From an uncultured Planctomycetota bacterium (lineage in GTDB: Bacteria; Planctomycetota; Planctomycetia; Isosphaerales; Isosphaeraceae): a stretch of 64,000 nt of DNA. Position numbers and translations under genes: made by a program. Location: NCBI GenBank assembly GCA_963823665.1, contig CAWGMQ010000008.1, forward strand, positions 1,120,001 to 1,184,000, read 5' to 3'. The notes beneath the pieces are model-generated. The model did no database searches. It saw only the letters and a list, made by a program, of their open reading frames with translations, and was not told where the DNA came from. Below, piece after piece: positions 54,247 through 62,570 of this stretch (positions are counted from its first letter, which is position 1; every line of letters starts with the position of its first letter).

Positions 54247-57200
54247 ATGGACGCTCATCCAGCCTCGCATCCGACCGATCAGACGCTGAGCTCATACGGC
54301 TTGGGCAAGCTCGACAACGCCTCGGCTGTGGCGATTAACGAGCATCTGGAGCAGTGCGCGGATTGTCGGCAACGGGTCTCCGCGATTTCGGCTGATAGCT
54401 TCTTGGAACGGGTGAGGGACGGTCGGAAGCCTTCGGGGAATACGACGTTCGGCGAGTCGCTACCTGGCGGGGCGCGAGGCCACAAGGTCGAAATCGCCCC
54501 GGCTCCGCCGCCGGCGAGCACACTTCCGCCCGGGCTGGCCGACCACTCCGATTACGAGATCAGGCGGGAACTTGGCCGGGGCGGGATGGGTGTGGTCTAT
54601 CTGGCACACAACAAGCTGATGGGGCGTGACGAGGTGCTCAAGGTGATGGGGCGGCAGATCATGGAGCGGCCCGAGGTGCTGGACCGCTTCCGCCGCGAGA
54701 TTCGTGCCGTCGCCAAGCTCCGCCACCCGAACATCGTCACGGCGTACCACGCGTTTCGGCTGGATGAGAGTATCGTCTTCGCGATGGAATTTGTCGACGG
54801 TCTCGACCTGTCGCGGATGGTCAAGGCGAAAGGTGCGCTGCTGGTTGCTCATGCGTGCAACTTCGTCTATCAGGCGGCGCTGGGGCTCCAGCATGCCCAT
54901 GAGGAAGGACTTGTGCACCGGGACATCAAGCCGGGTAACCTGATGTACTCGAGCAAGGGCAGCAAGGCGACGATCAAGATCCTGGACTTCGGACTCGCGA
55001 AGGCGACCCGCGAGCAGAAGGTTGACAGCGCGTTGACCTCGGAAGGACAGGCCTTGGGCACGCCCGACTTCATCGCTCCTGAGCAGATTCTCGACGCCCA
55101 GAGTGCCGACATCCGGGCTGACATTTATAGTCTGGGCGGCACGCTGTTTTACCTTTTGACCGGCCGGCCGCCGTTCCAGGCGAATTCGCTCTACGACATG
55201 TACCAGGCCCACATCTCCAGGGACGCCGACCCGCTGAATCTCGTGCGGCCGGAGGTGCCGGCCGAGCTGGCGGCGCTTGTGGCTAAGATGATGGCGAAGG
55301 AGCCAGGTAAGCGGTTTCAGACACCGCGCAAAGTTGCGGAGGCGCTCACGCCTTCTTTTAAGAGGGAAAGCACGGCGTCGAAAGGCGGTAGGATGAAGGT
55401 GCTGGACGCCGTTCAGGCGGAGCCGGGTCAGCGGAGCGGCAGAGCGGGCCCCGCGCCGACTCAGTCGGGGCAAGATAGCGCACTCCTGCTGCCCCAGGCA
55501 ACGGATGCGGCCGACCCTCACGTCCCGACGCCGCCGTCGGAAGGCGTGATCGAGCTCCGGGATAGGGAGACTTCGACGTCATCTGTGCCGCGATTGATGT
55601 ATGCATCAAGCTTACGGGGTCGGCCTCGTTGGGTCTGGCTGGCGGTCGCGGCGACGCTGATCTCTGCCCTGTTCGGTGCCTGGTGGGCCGCCGACGCTCT
55701 GGGTGCGAAAAAACCGCACGGCATCATCGAGCTTCGCAACCTTCCGAAGGACGCCGAAGTCTCTGTCGACGGCGAGCCGATCCCAGTTCACCGGCCAGGC
55801 GGTGCGGGAATTGCGGAGATCCCAGCCAGGGTGGGCAAGCGGAAAGTTACATTCAAGAAGGGCGGTTTCGAGACCACTGGCGACGAAGTGGTCGTCAGCA
55901 AGGCCGGCGAGCGAATTCGACTCGACGTTCGGCTTATCCCCGTCAGGTCTACTTCGCGCACGGCCCAACAGCAGCCGGTTGAAGCTCCGACGATCACGAA
56001 GTCGGGACCTGGCACGCGCGGAACGACACCGTTGCCGGTAGTAACGCTCGTGCTTGGTGACTGGACGGTTGTCGGAGACGAGCTCATACAGTCAGACGAT
56101 CGCAATCACGCCGAAATCGCATTCGGTAACAACGCGTGGTCAGAGTACGATTTGACGTTGGACGTCAACAAAGTCAAAGGCAGCGGCCACGGAATCGGAG
56201 TTCAGTTCTATCGGTTGAACTCCGCCACGTTCTGTTGGTTCGGCCTTGGTGTATTCCAAAACAAGGGCTGTGAGCTGTATTTCCAACTCAATGGAAGAAA
56301 CATGGGAAGGAAGGGGGACACTAACGAAGACAATTGGAGTTCCCAGGGAATCGACGTGAATCGGTGGTACTCAGTCAAAATTGAGGTCCGGAAGGAGGCG
56401 GTGAAGGCTTATCTGAATGACTGCTTGCTCTTTAAGGAGTCTCACTCAGCGTTCTCTCGCGGGCGCGTGGGCTTACGCACAATGAACGTCCAGGCCAAGT
56501 TTCGTCGAATCAAGGTGACCGATCCCGATGGCAGGTTACTCTTCGAAAGTTATCCGACCTTTGGGACCGCGCCGGGCTTCATTGGACTGTCCACGGACGC
56601 TCGTGAAACGGTCGAGCTCAGGGATGAGGATCCCGGGGATGATCTCAGCGATCTCAACGAACGGGCTTGGTCGCTGGCTACGGATGCGGATCGGTCGCAA
56701 CGTGACGGAGGCGAGGCCGTCGAGCTTGCGACCCGCGCGTGCCGTGGGAGCGCGTTCGAGCACGCGATGTACCTGGACACGCTCGCTGCCGCGTACGCCG
56801 AGGTTGGAAACTTCGAGGAAGCCGTGAGGTGGCAGAAACAAGCGATCGAACGGGAGGGCCAGGGCCGGTACAGCAAAGAATATCGAGAGAGGCTTGGGCT
56901 TTACACTCGGAAGATACCCTATCACCAGGGCGAGACTGTTCCAGCGGAAGACGAACCTGTCGCTGCTGCTGAGGCCCTCCAGACGAAGGTTGACGAAAAC
57001 GGCGCGAACGCGAATGGCGGTTCTGCCACAGCTCGCGACCAGTCCTTGCGAGGGGCTAAGGAGGAGGCAGGTAGGAATATGCCGAGGGGCGAACGGCGCG
57101 AAGAGGGCTTCGTGAGGCTGTTTAACGGCAAGAACCAGGATGGCTGGACGAATGCGCTGCCTGGCAACGGTTCTACCTGGGGGGTAACTGATGATGGCAT

Positions 57201-57711
57201 CTTGGAAGGACGCGGCGAACCCGGACCCGGTAACACGGCGATTTTGGTCTCTGACCGAAAGAGCCTCACGAACTTTGTGCTGCGGGTGAGAGTGCGTTTC
57301 CTCGGAGAAGGAGGTGGCCATATTGTGGTTCGCCAGAGTGGCGCTGAAGATCCGAAACGCGGTTACCACGTTCAAGCTTTCGGATCGGGCAATTATCCCA
57401 TTTGCCGAATCGGTCGGTACATCGACGGCCCATCGGCTGACATGGGCGCCAAACCGCAGCCGGTCGCCTTCCAGGATGATCAGTGGAAGACAATCGAGAT
57501 CATCGCGATTGAGAACGAGATCGCCGCGTCGGTGCTCGGAACGGGATGGCGTGACTCGAATGTCGACTTGGACGCAATGTACAGATCAGGAAGCATCGCC
57601 GTAACCTGTTGGGGGCATATCCAGATCAAGGAAATACTGCTCAGGGAGCTTCCGGACGGCTCAGTTTCAAAGACGCCATCCAGGCGAAAAACTGTGAAGA
57701 CGAGGAATTAG
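54247..57711 (+). CDS. zf-HC2 - Ser/Thr kinase - TM - PEGA-like / DUF1080-like / TPR / DUF1080-like protein
   Basis: HLEQCADC, kinase motifs, TM WVWLAVAATLISALFGAWW, TPR YLDTLAAAYAEVGNFEEAVRWQ, and GFVRLFNGKNQDGW. Confidence 0.9.
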   Translation: MDAHPASHPTDQTLSSYGLGKLDNASAVAINEHLEQCADCRQRVSAISADSFLERVRDGRKPSGNTTFGESLPGGARGHKVEIAPAPPPASTLPPGLADHSDYEIRRELGRGGMGVVYLAHNKLMGRDEVLKVMGRQIMERPEVLDRFRREIRAVAKLRHPNIVTAYHAFRLDESIVFAMEFVDGLDLSRMVKAKGALLVAHACNFVYQAALGLQHAHEEGLVHRDIKPGNLMYSSKGSKATIKILDFGLAKATREQKVDSALTSEGQALGTPDFIAPEQILDAQSADIRADIYSLGGTLFYLLTGRPPFQANSLYDMYQAHISRDADPLNLVRPEVPAELAALVAKMMAKEPGKRFQTPRKVAEALTPSFKRESTASKGGRMKVLDAVQAEPGQRSGRAGPAPTQSGQDSALLLPQATDAADPHVPTPPSEGVIELRDRETSTSSVPRLMYASSLRGRPRWVWLAVAATLISALFGAWWAADALGAKKPHGIIELRNLPKDAEVSVDGEPIPVHRPGGAGIAEIPARVGKRKVTFKKGGFETTGDEVVVSKAGERIRLDVRLIPVRSTSRTAQQQPVEAPTITKSGPGTRGTTPLPVVTLVLGDWTVVGDELIQSDDRNHAEIAFGNNAWSEYDLTLDVNKVKGSGHGIGVQFYRLNSATFCWFGLGVFQNKGCELYFQLNGRNMGRKGDTNEDNWSSQGIDVNRWYSVKIEVRKEAVKAYLNDCLLFKESHSAFSRGRVGLRTMNVQAKFRRIKVTDPDGRLLFESYPTFGTAPGFIGLSTDARETVELRDEDPGDDLSDLNERAWSLATDADRSQRDGGEAVELATRACRGSAFEHAMYLDTLAAAYAEVGNFEEAVRWQKQAIEREGQGRYSKEYRERLGLYTRKIPYHQGETVPAEDEPVAAAEALQTKVDENGANANGGSATARDQSLRGAKEEAGRNMPRGERREEGFVRLFNGKNQDGWTNALPGNGSTWGVTDDGILEGRGEPGPGNTAILVSDRKSLTNFVLRVRVRFLGEGGGHIVVRQSGAEDPKRGYHVQAFGSGNYPICRIGRYIDGPSADMGAKPQPVAFQDDQWKTIEIIAIENEIAASVLGTGWRDSNVDLDAMYRSGSIAVTCWGHIQIKEILLRELPDGSVSKTPSRRKTVKTRN

Positions 57712-57785
57712 CGTGCTCCGAGAATTGCCGCGAATCCAAAGAACGCGGCTCCGATCGAACTCCCATCATGCGGGAAGCAGAGCCC

Positions 57786-58748
57786 ATGACTCAGCCACCG
57801 AGGTCGATTCATCCGAAGCCTGCTGTCGAAGGTTCCGCGGCTTCGAGCGAGCCAGATATGAACGTGACCGGAGGGCATCCGACAATGCAACAACCGGTGG
57901 ATCGTGCGGGCACCGTTCTGGAGACTGACGAGGACGTTAGGCAGGCGCTCTTGTCTATTCACAAGGGCGGACAAAGAGCCCGGCCGACCGCCCCTGAAGT
58001 GCAAGCAACAACCCCGGCGGCATTCAGCCAGAGCGTGGGGCGCGCGGCTGTCGCGTTCCGGCCGACTATCCGGCCACCCGTGGCTCTGCTGACTGTGTGC
58101 GACGACGGCAAGACCACCGGCGAGGTCATCCGCATCCGCGAGCATCGGTTCATCATCGGCCGAACCGACGGGGATCTTCGCATCCCGATCGACGGCCGGA
58201 TCTCGAGCCGGCACGTCGAGATCACTCACCAGGTCGTGGGCGGCATGCACCGTTGGGTCGTTACTGACCTGCAAAGCACTCACGGTTTGTTCGTCCGCGT
58301 CAGCAAGACGGCGCTGGTTGACCAGGCCGAGTTCCTGGTCGGCGGAGGGCGGTATCGGTTTGATGCCATGCAGATTGATCCCGCTGCAACCACCGGGTTT
58401 GGTCCGGCCGGTTCTGCATCCGACGAGACTGGTGGCTGGAGCGAAGGCGCGAGTCCCATTCGCCCGCCTGCCTTGACCGAGTTGCTCGGCTCGGAGATCG
58501 GCAATCGCGTGCTTCTGGTCAAACCTGAATACTGGATTGGCTCTGATTCCGGGTGCACGATTTGCCGGCCGGATGACCCGTTCTGCGAACCGCAGCACGT
58601 CAAAGTCTACCGGAAGTCAAAGGGCGCATGGCACGCGGAGCACAACAAAACCACTAACGGTCTTTGGCTGCGAATGGCCCAAGTCACCGTCGAGGCGAGA
58701 GTCCAGTTTCAGATCGGGGAACAGCGGTTCGAGCTCAAGCTGAATTGA
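57786..58748 (+). CDS. Double FHA domain protein
   Basis: FIIGR..ISSRH..DLQSTHG. A second, degenerate FHA: WIGSD..EPQH..TTNGLW..FQIGEQRF. Confidence 0.8.
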   Translation: MTQPPRSIHPKPAVEGSAASSEPDMNVTGGHPTMQQPVDRAGTVLETDEDVRQALLSIHKGGQRARPTAPEVQATTPAAFSQSVGRAAVAFRPTIRPPVALLTVCDDGKTTGEVIRIREHRFIIGRTDGDLRIPIDGRISSRHVEITHQVVGGMHRWVVTDLQSTHGLFVRVSKTALVDQAEFLVGGGRYRFDAMQIDPAATTGFGPAGSASDETGGWSEGASPIRPPALTELLGSEIGNRVLLVKPEYWIGSDSGCTICRPDDPFCEPQHVKVYRKSKGAWHAEHNKTTNGLWLRMAQVTVEARVQFQIGEQRFELKLN

Positions 58749-58793
58749 TGGCCCATTCTCGCGAGTCAGGACGTCTTTGAAGGAACTGTCGTT

Positions 58794-59780
58794 ATGGTAC
58801 GAGCATTCTTGCCAGCCGCGCTTGTCATCTCCGTCCTGGCGACCGGCGCGCGGGCGCAGTACACGTGGATCGGCCCTGGCTCGACGCCGCAGGGCGATTA
58901 CCTGAGAGGCGTCGGAATCGCGGCTTATGGCTTGGGTGTTTACAACGAACGAACGGCCGTCGCCGATCAGATCAACGCGAATACGCTGATTATGTTGAAC
59001 GAATATATGTGGAACGTCGCCAAGAACGAGAACCTCGAGAACGCCGCGCACCGGGCCGCTGTTCGGGCCAAGCACGCCGAAGACTACAAGAAGATCCAGG
59101 ATCGAATTCAAAACGACCCCGAATCGATAGACGTGCTGGACGGCAGTGCCCTGAATACCAAGCTGTGGGAGCTACTGGATCCGAAGGTTTCTGAATCCAC
59201 GTCGCGTCATGCGAACGTGCCGCTCGACGCAGACATCATCCGTCGCGTGCCGTTCAAACTCGCTGAGAAAGGCGAGACATTTTCCATGAGGCGGCTCTCG
59301 CTCAAGGGCAAGAAGAAATGGGCCGTGGCGTTTCAGGACCCTGGTTTCGCCAGCCTCTGCCGGGCGTACGAGCTGGCCGTTGACAATGCTCTGGAGTTGG
59401 CGATTGAAGGGAAGATGAAGGAGAGCGCCATCGCGGACGTCGAGAAGGCCGTCGAGAACCTTGAGGATAAGCTGCGGGCGACACCCCAACTGTTCGAATT
59501 GAGACGCCAGAGCGAGGCCAGCGAGGCCAGGGCACAGCTCGATCGTCTCCGCAAAACGGCGCGGCTCTTCATGTCGCTGCCGATCCAGCGGGTGTTCGGA
59601 GAAGTCGATAGCTACCATGGCACGACCGTCGATGATTTCAGGCTCTTCATGCGACGGCACAACTTGACGTTCGCTCGCGCGGATTCGCCTGACGAGAGAA
59701 TCCTCTATTTTCAACTCTACACCGCCCTACTCGAGCAACGTAACAAGGTTACGGGCTCGGAGAAGGCACCGATGAAATGA
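58794..59780 (+). CDS. Secreted helical hypothetical protein
   Basis: Signal peptide (..VLATGARA-Q), STPQGDYLRG motif and coiled-coil-like segments. Confidence 0.75.
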   Translation: MVRAFLPAALVISVLATGARAQYTWIGPGSTPQGDYLRGVGIAAYGLGVYNERTAVADQINANTLIMLNEYMWNVAKNENLENAAHRAAVRAKHAEDYKKIQDRIQNDPESIDVLDGSALNTKLWELLDPKVSESTSRHANVPLDADIIRRVPFKLAEKGETFSMRRLSLKGKKKWAVAFQDPGFASLCRAYELAVDNALELAIEGKMKESAIADVEKAVENLEDKLRATPQLFELRRQSEASEARAQLDRLRKTARLFMSLPIQRVFGEVDSYHGTTVDDFRLFMRRHNLTFARADSPDERILYFQLYTALLEQRNKVTGSEKAPMK

Positions 59781-59801
59781 CCCGGGGAGGGTTCTCTCGC
59801 C

Positions 59802-60956
59802 ATGGTCCGGTACAGCGTTATTGGATCTGTGTTTTGTATGTTCCTCGCCGGTTCCGTGTGGCTCGTTCAAGACAAAGGGCGAACATACCGTGAATCCCTG
59901 GACAGGGCGAGGCGCTCGCCGACCGCGGCAGAGGCTGCACCGCCTGCTCAGAATTCGGAAGTCGAGGTCGCCGAGGCTGTGAATGCGGCCAAGGGGCCCG
60001 CGCAGCCTCTGCCGGAAGGTCCGCCGGCGAAGAACATTGTCGTCACGAAGGCACCCTCGGCCGCTGAGCGAGAGGAGCGAAAAACCACTCCCTCGGAGAA
60101 GCCCGCGGCTACCGCGTCTCCGTCACCGGCAATCCCGCCTGGGCGTGCGGTCAAGACGTCGACGCCCGCACCCTCTGACGGCAAAGCTCTCGCCGCCGGC
60201 ATCTCGCGATGGAAGAGCGATCCGCTGTGGGGCCAGCCCTACTTGACCAAGTCGTGGAAACTGGATGATTTCACAACTCAGGACGAGAAGCAGCTTGGCG
60301 AACAGTTCAACAGTTTGATCTTGCAGTTGAATCCACTAGACGCAGGATCGGGGTTGAGACGCGTCAAGGAGGCGGCAGCTTCGCTCGAGCCATTCTTGCG
60401 GAAGGATATCAAGTATCAGTTCTTCGTCCTGAATTCCGATGTGGTCAATGCCTTTTCCCATCCGGGCGGATACATCTACGTGACCCGGAAACTTCTGGAC
60501 ATGATCCCCGATGAGGAAGAGCGCGTGCTCGAGTTTGTGGTTGGCCACGAGATTGCTCATGTCGAGCTTCGACATGCTCTGGCGTGTCTCCGAGATCGGG
60601 ACGTCCGGAGCTTCAGTGAAGGTACGTTGCAGAAGCTTTACTTCTTGATCATCCCGTATGGCTACCCGGATGACCTCGAATATGCTGCTGATGCGTGGAT
60701 CTATCAGCGGATGAAACATCTCGATCGGTCTGAGCACGACTGCCTGAAGTTTCTGCGTACACTCGACCAATACGCGAGAGCGAAGGGTTTTGAGAACGGG
60801 CGCGGGAAGCCGCAGGACCTGATGAAGGAGGAGCGCGGCGAGCTGGAGGGCATTCGCGGGATTTCACCCATCGACGATCACGTGCGCTCGCATCCGGCTG
60901 CTTATGACCGCCTGAGCCATTTGAAGGCGCTCAGGGGGCAGGCTTTGGGGAAATGA
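59802..60956 (+). CDS. M48 family metallopeptidase, membrane-anchored
   Basis: VNAFSHPGGYIYVT, GHEIAHVELRH, EYAAD, SHPAAYDR. N-terminal TM and a Pro/Ala linker. Confidence 0.88.
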   Translation: MVRYSVIGSVFCMFLAGSVWLVQDKGRTYRESLDRARRSPTAAEAAPPAQNSEVEVAEAVNAAKGPAQPLPEGPPAKNIVVTKAPSAAEREERKTTPSEKPAATASPSPAIPPGRAVKTSTPAPSDGKALAAGISRWKSDPLWGQPYLTKSWKLDDFTTQDEKQLGEQFNSLILQLNPLDAGSGLRRVKEAAASLEPFLRKDIKYQFFVLNSDVVNAFSHPGGYIYVTRKLLDMIPDEEERVLEFVVGHEIAHVELRHALACLRDRDVRSFSEGTLQKLYFLIIPYGYPDDLEYAADAWIYQRMKHLDRSEHDCLKFLRTLDQYARAKGFENGRGKPQDLMKEERGELEGIRGISPIDDHVRSHPAAYDRLSHLKALRGQALGK

Positions 60957-62316
60957 AAACGGCCAGCGAGGTGAGGCTGATCAGCATGGCTGCAAGAGCC
61001 AGCGCGTCAGCCTCTGGGCCCATCCGCTCGGTCTTGGCCGGGAAGAAGCGCTCGGCCATGTCGACCACCGGTGTTGATCGAGTACTGGCCGCCAGTGGTG
61101 GCTGCGAGGTGGCGTGTGTGTCAGTTTCCAGCAACAACAGGCCCTCGAAAGCCCAGCGCGAAGGAATGACGCAAGTCGCCATCCTGGCCGCCGCGTTCAA
61201 ACGCGGCAGCGGCCAGATACAGCCACCGCCGGCGATCATCAGCGAGACGGCGAGCGCCAGCGCCGCTGCTGCCCACTTCGGCCTGCGGACCATTCTCGAC
61301 GCGAACAGCCCGAGCGAGAGTCCCACTGCCGAAGCCAGGACCGACATACCGAACATCGCCAGCCAAGGTCCGCGCAGGTCGCATCCCCAGTGGACAATCG
61401 CCAGCAACACGGCGCACTGAGCGATGCACAGGGCGATCACGATCGAGAGCGTGGAGGTAAGGGAAGCGAGCGCACTTGAACTCGTCGCACCTTTGCGGGG
61501 AACAACCAATCGGCCGGACGCGACGCTCCATGCGGCAAGGGAAGCGCCCAACCAGATCGCTGCCAGACCCAGTGCAAAGGTCGTGCCCGCGATCCATTGA
61601 GCGACGGAGTCCAGACTCTTGGCGTTGGGCTCCATCGCGGGCGGGCGGCCAGCAATCGCAACGATCAAGACGGCGATCGTCGCCGACTGTGCGAGCAGGG
61701 CGGGCGCCCAGCGGTCGAGCAGGTTTGGTGGAACCTGGAATTTCGCAGTGACTGGCTCCGTCCGCGACTCGATTCTTGGGCTCGGTTGTGCGGGCGAAAA
61801 AACATGATCGGGCGCGACCTCCGCGGTCATTAGTTGAGCCGCCGTCACCGTGAGCGATCCGAAGGAGACGACGTCCCCTTCGGTCAAGGGAATCGGCTGC
61901 TTCGCCTTGTGATCGGGTGTGTTGACGAATGTTCCATTGGACGATCCCAGATCCTCGATCAGCGTTTGAGTACGGGAGATGATGATCCGAGCGTGGTGGC
62001 TGGAAACCCTCGGATCGTCGATGACAATGTCGTTGTCGGTGCTGCGGCCAATTCGGATGACCCTCGCGGCAGCCGGGGTTTCGGCGGCCGGCCAGGGCAT
62101 GCGGACGGTGGCGCCCAACGTTACGACATCCTGTGGCGTGACGCGAGTCTTCGACTTGATCCGTTCTCCATTGACATACGTGCCGTTCGACGCGCCCAAG
62201 TCTTCGACGACGTAGCCGCCAGCGATCTCGGAGAGGCGGCAGTGGCGGCTTGAGACTGTGGGCTGCGCGACGACGAGGTCGCAATCGGCGTCGGTCCCAA
62301 TGATCCAGGTCCGCAT
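60931..62316 (-). CDS. FHA-FHA - ABC-2-type membrane domain protein lacking an ATPase domain
   Basis: VSSRH..DLGASNGTYVNG and IGRSTDND..VSSHHA..DLGSSNGTFVN, then about six TM segments ending IPSRWAFEGLL. No Walker A/B. Confidence 0.8.
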   Translation of the reverse strand: MRTWIIGTDADCDLVVAQPTVSSRHCRLSEIAGGYVVEDLGASNGTYVNGERIKSKTRVTPQDVVTLGATVRMPWPAAETPAAARVIRIGRSTDNDIVIDDPRVSSHHARIIISRTQTLIEDLGSSNGTFVNTPDHKAKQPIPLTEGDVVSFGSLTVTAAQLMTAEVAPDHVFSPAQPSPRIESRTEPVTAKFQVPPNLLDRWAPALLAQSATIAVLIVAIAGRPPAMEPNAKSLDSVAQWIAGTTFALGLAAIWLGASLAAWSVASGRLVVPRKGATSSSALASLTSTLSIVIALCIAQCAVLLAIVHWGCDLRGPWLAMFGMSVLASAVGLSLGLFASRMVRRPKWAAAALALAVSLMIAGGGCIWPLPRLNAAARMATCVIPSRWAFEGLLLLETDTHATSQPPLAASTRSTPVVDMAERFFPAKTERMGPEADALALAAMLISLTSLAVFISPKPAP

Positions 62317-62440
62317 GGCTCGTACCTTGAGCAAGCACTACAGGCACCGTCGTCAGCATTGTCATGGCGCCAGCGCCCCATTATCGTGATGGTTGTCGTT
62401 GGTGCAAACTGTTAGAGGCGCGATTCTGAGGAAATGTTGG

Positions 62441-62570
62441 GTTCTAAATCGGTTCAGCGAGGAAGGCGGGGCCTTTTTTTGTTAGATTCCTTTTTTCGCG
62501 ACAGGTTCGAAGCGGAACCGGCCTCTCATGTTCAGTTCCAATTATTCGACCGGTCCCCGGAGACCGCCCG
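62441..62570 (+). promoter_or_regulatory. Kinase leader copy (decayed sigma 3' stub + 29-bp motif)
   Basis: VLNRFSEEGGAFFC* (62441-62485). ACAGGTTCGAAGCGGAACCGGCCTCTCAT at 62501-62529, 41 nt before the ATG. Confidence 0.7.

Noticed and set aside
62463..62480. Rho-independent terminator AAGGC-GGG-GCCTT plus T-run
   Set aside because: The stem is weak and no plus-strand gene ends here. The sequence is explained as the decayed sigma 3' stub, and the other copies lack the stem.
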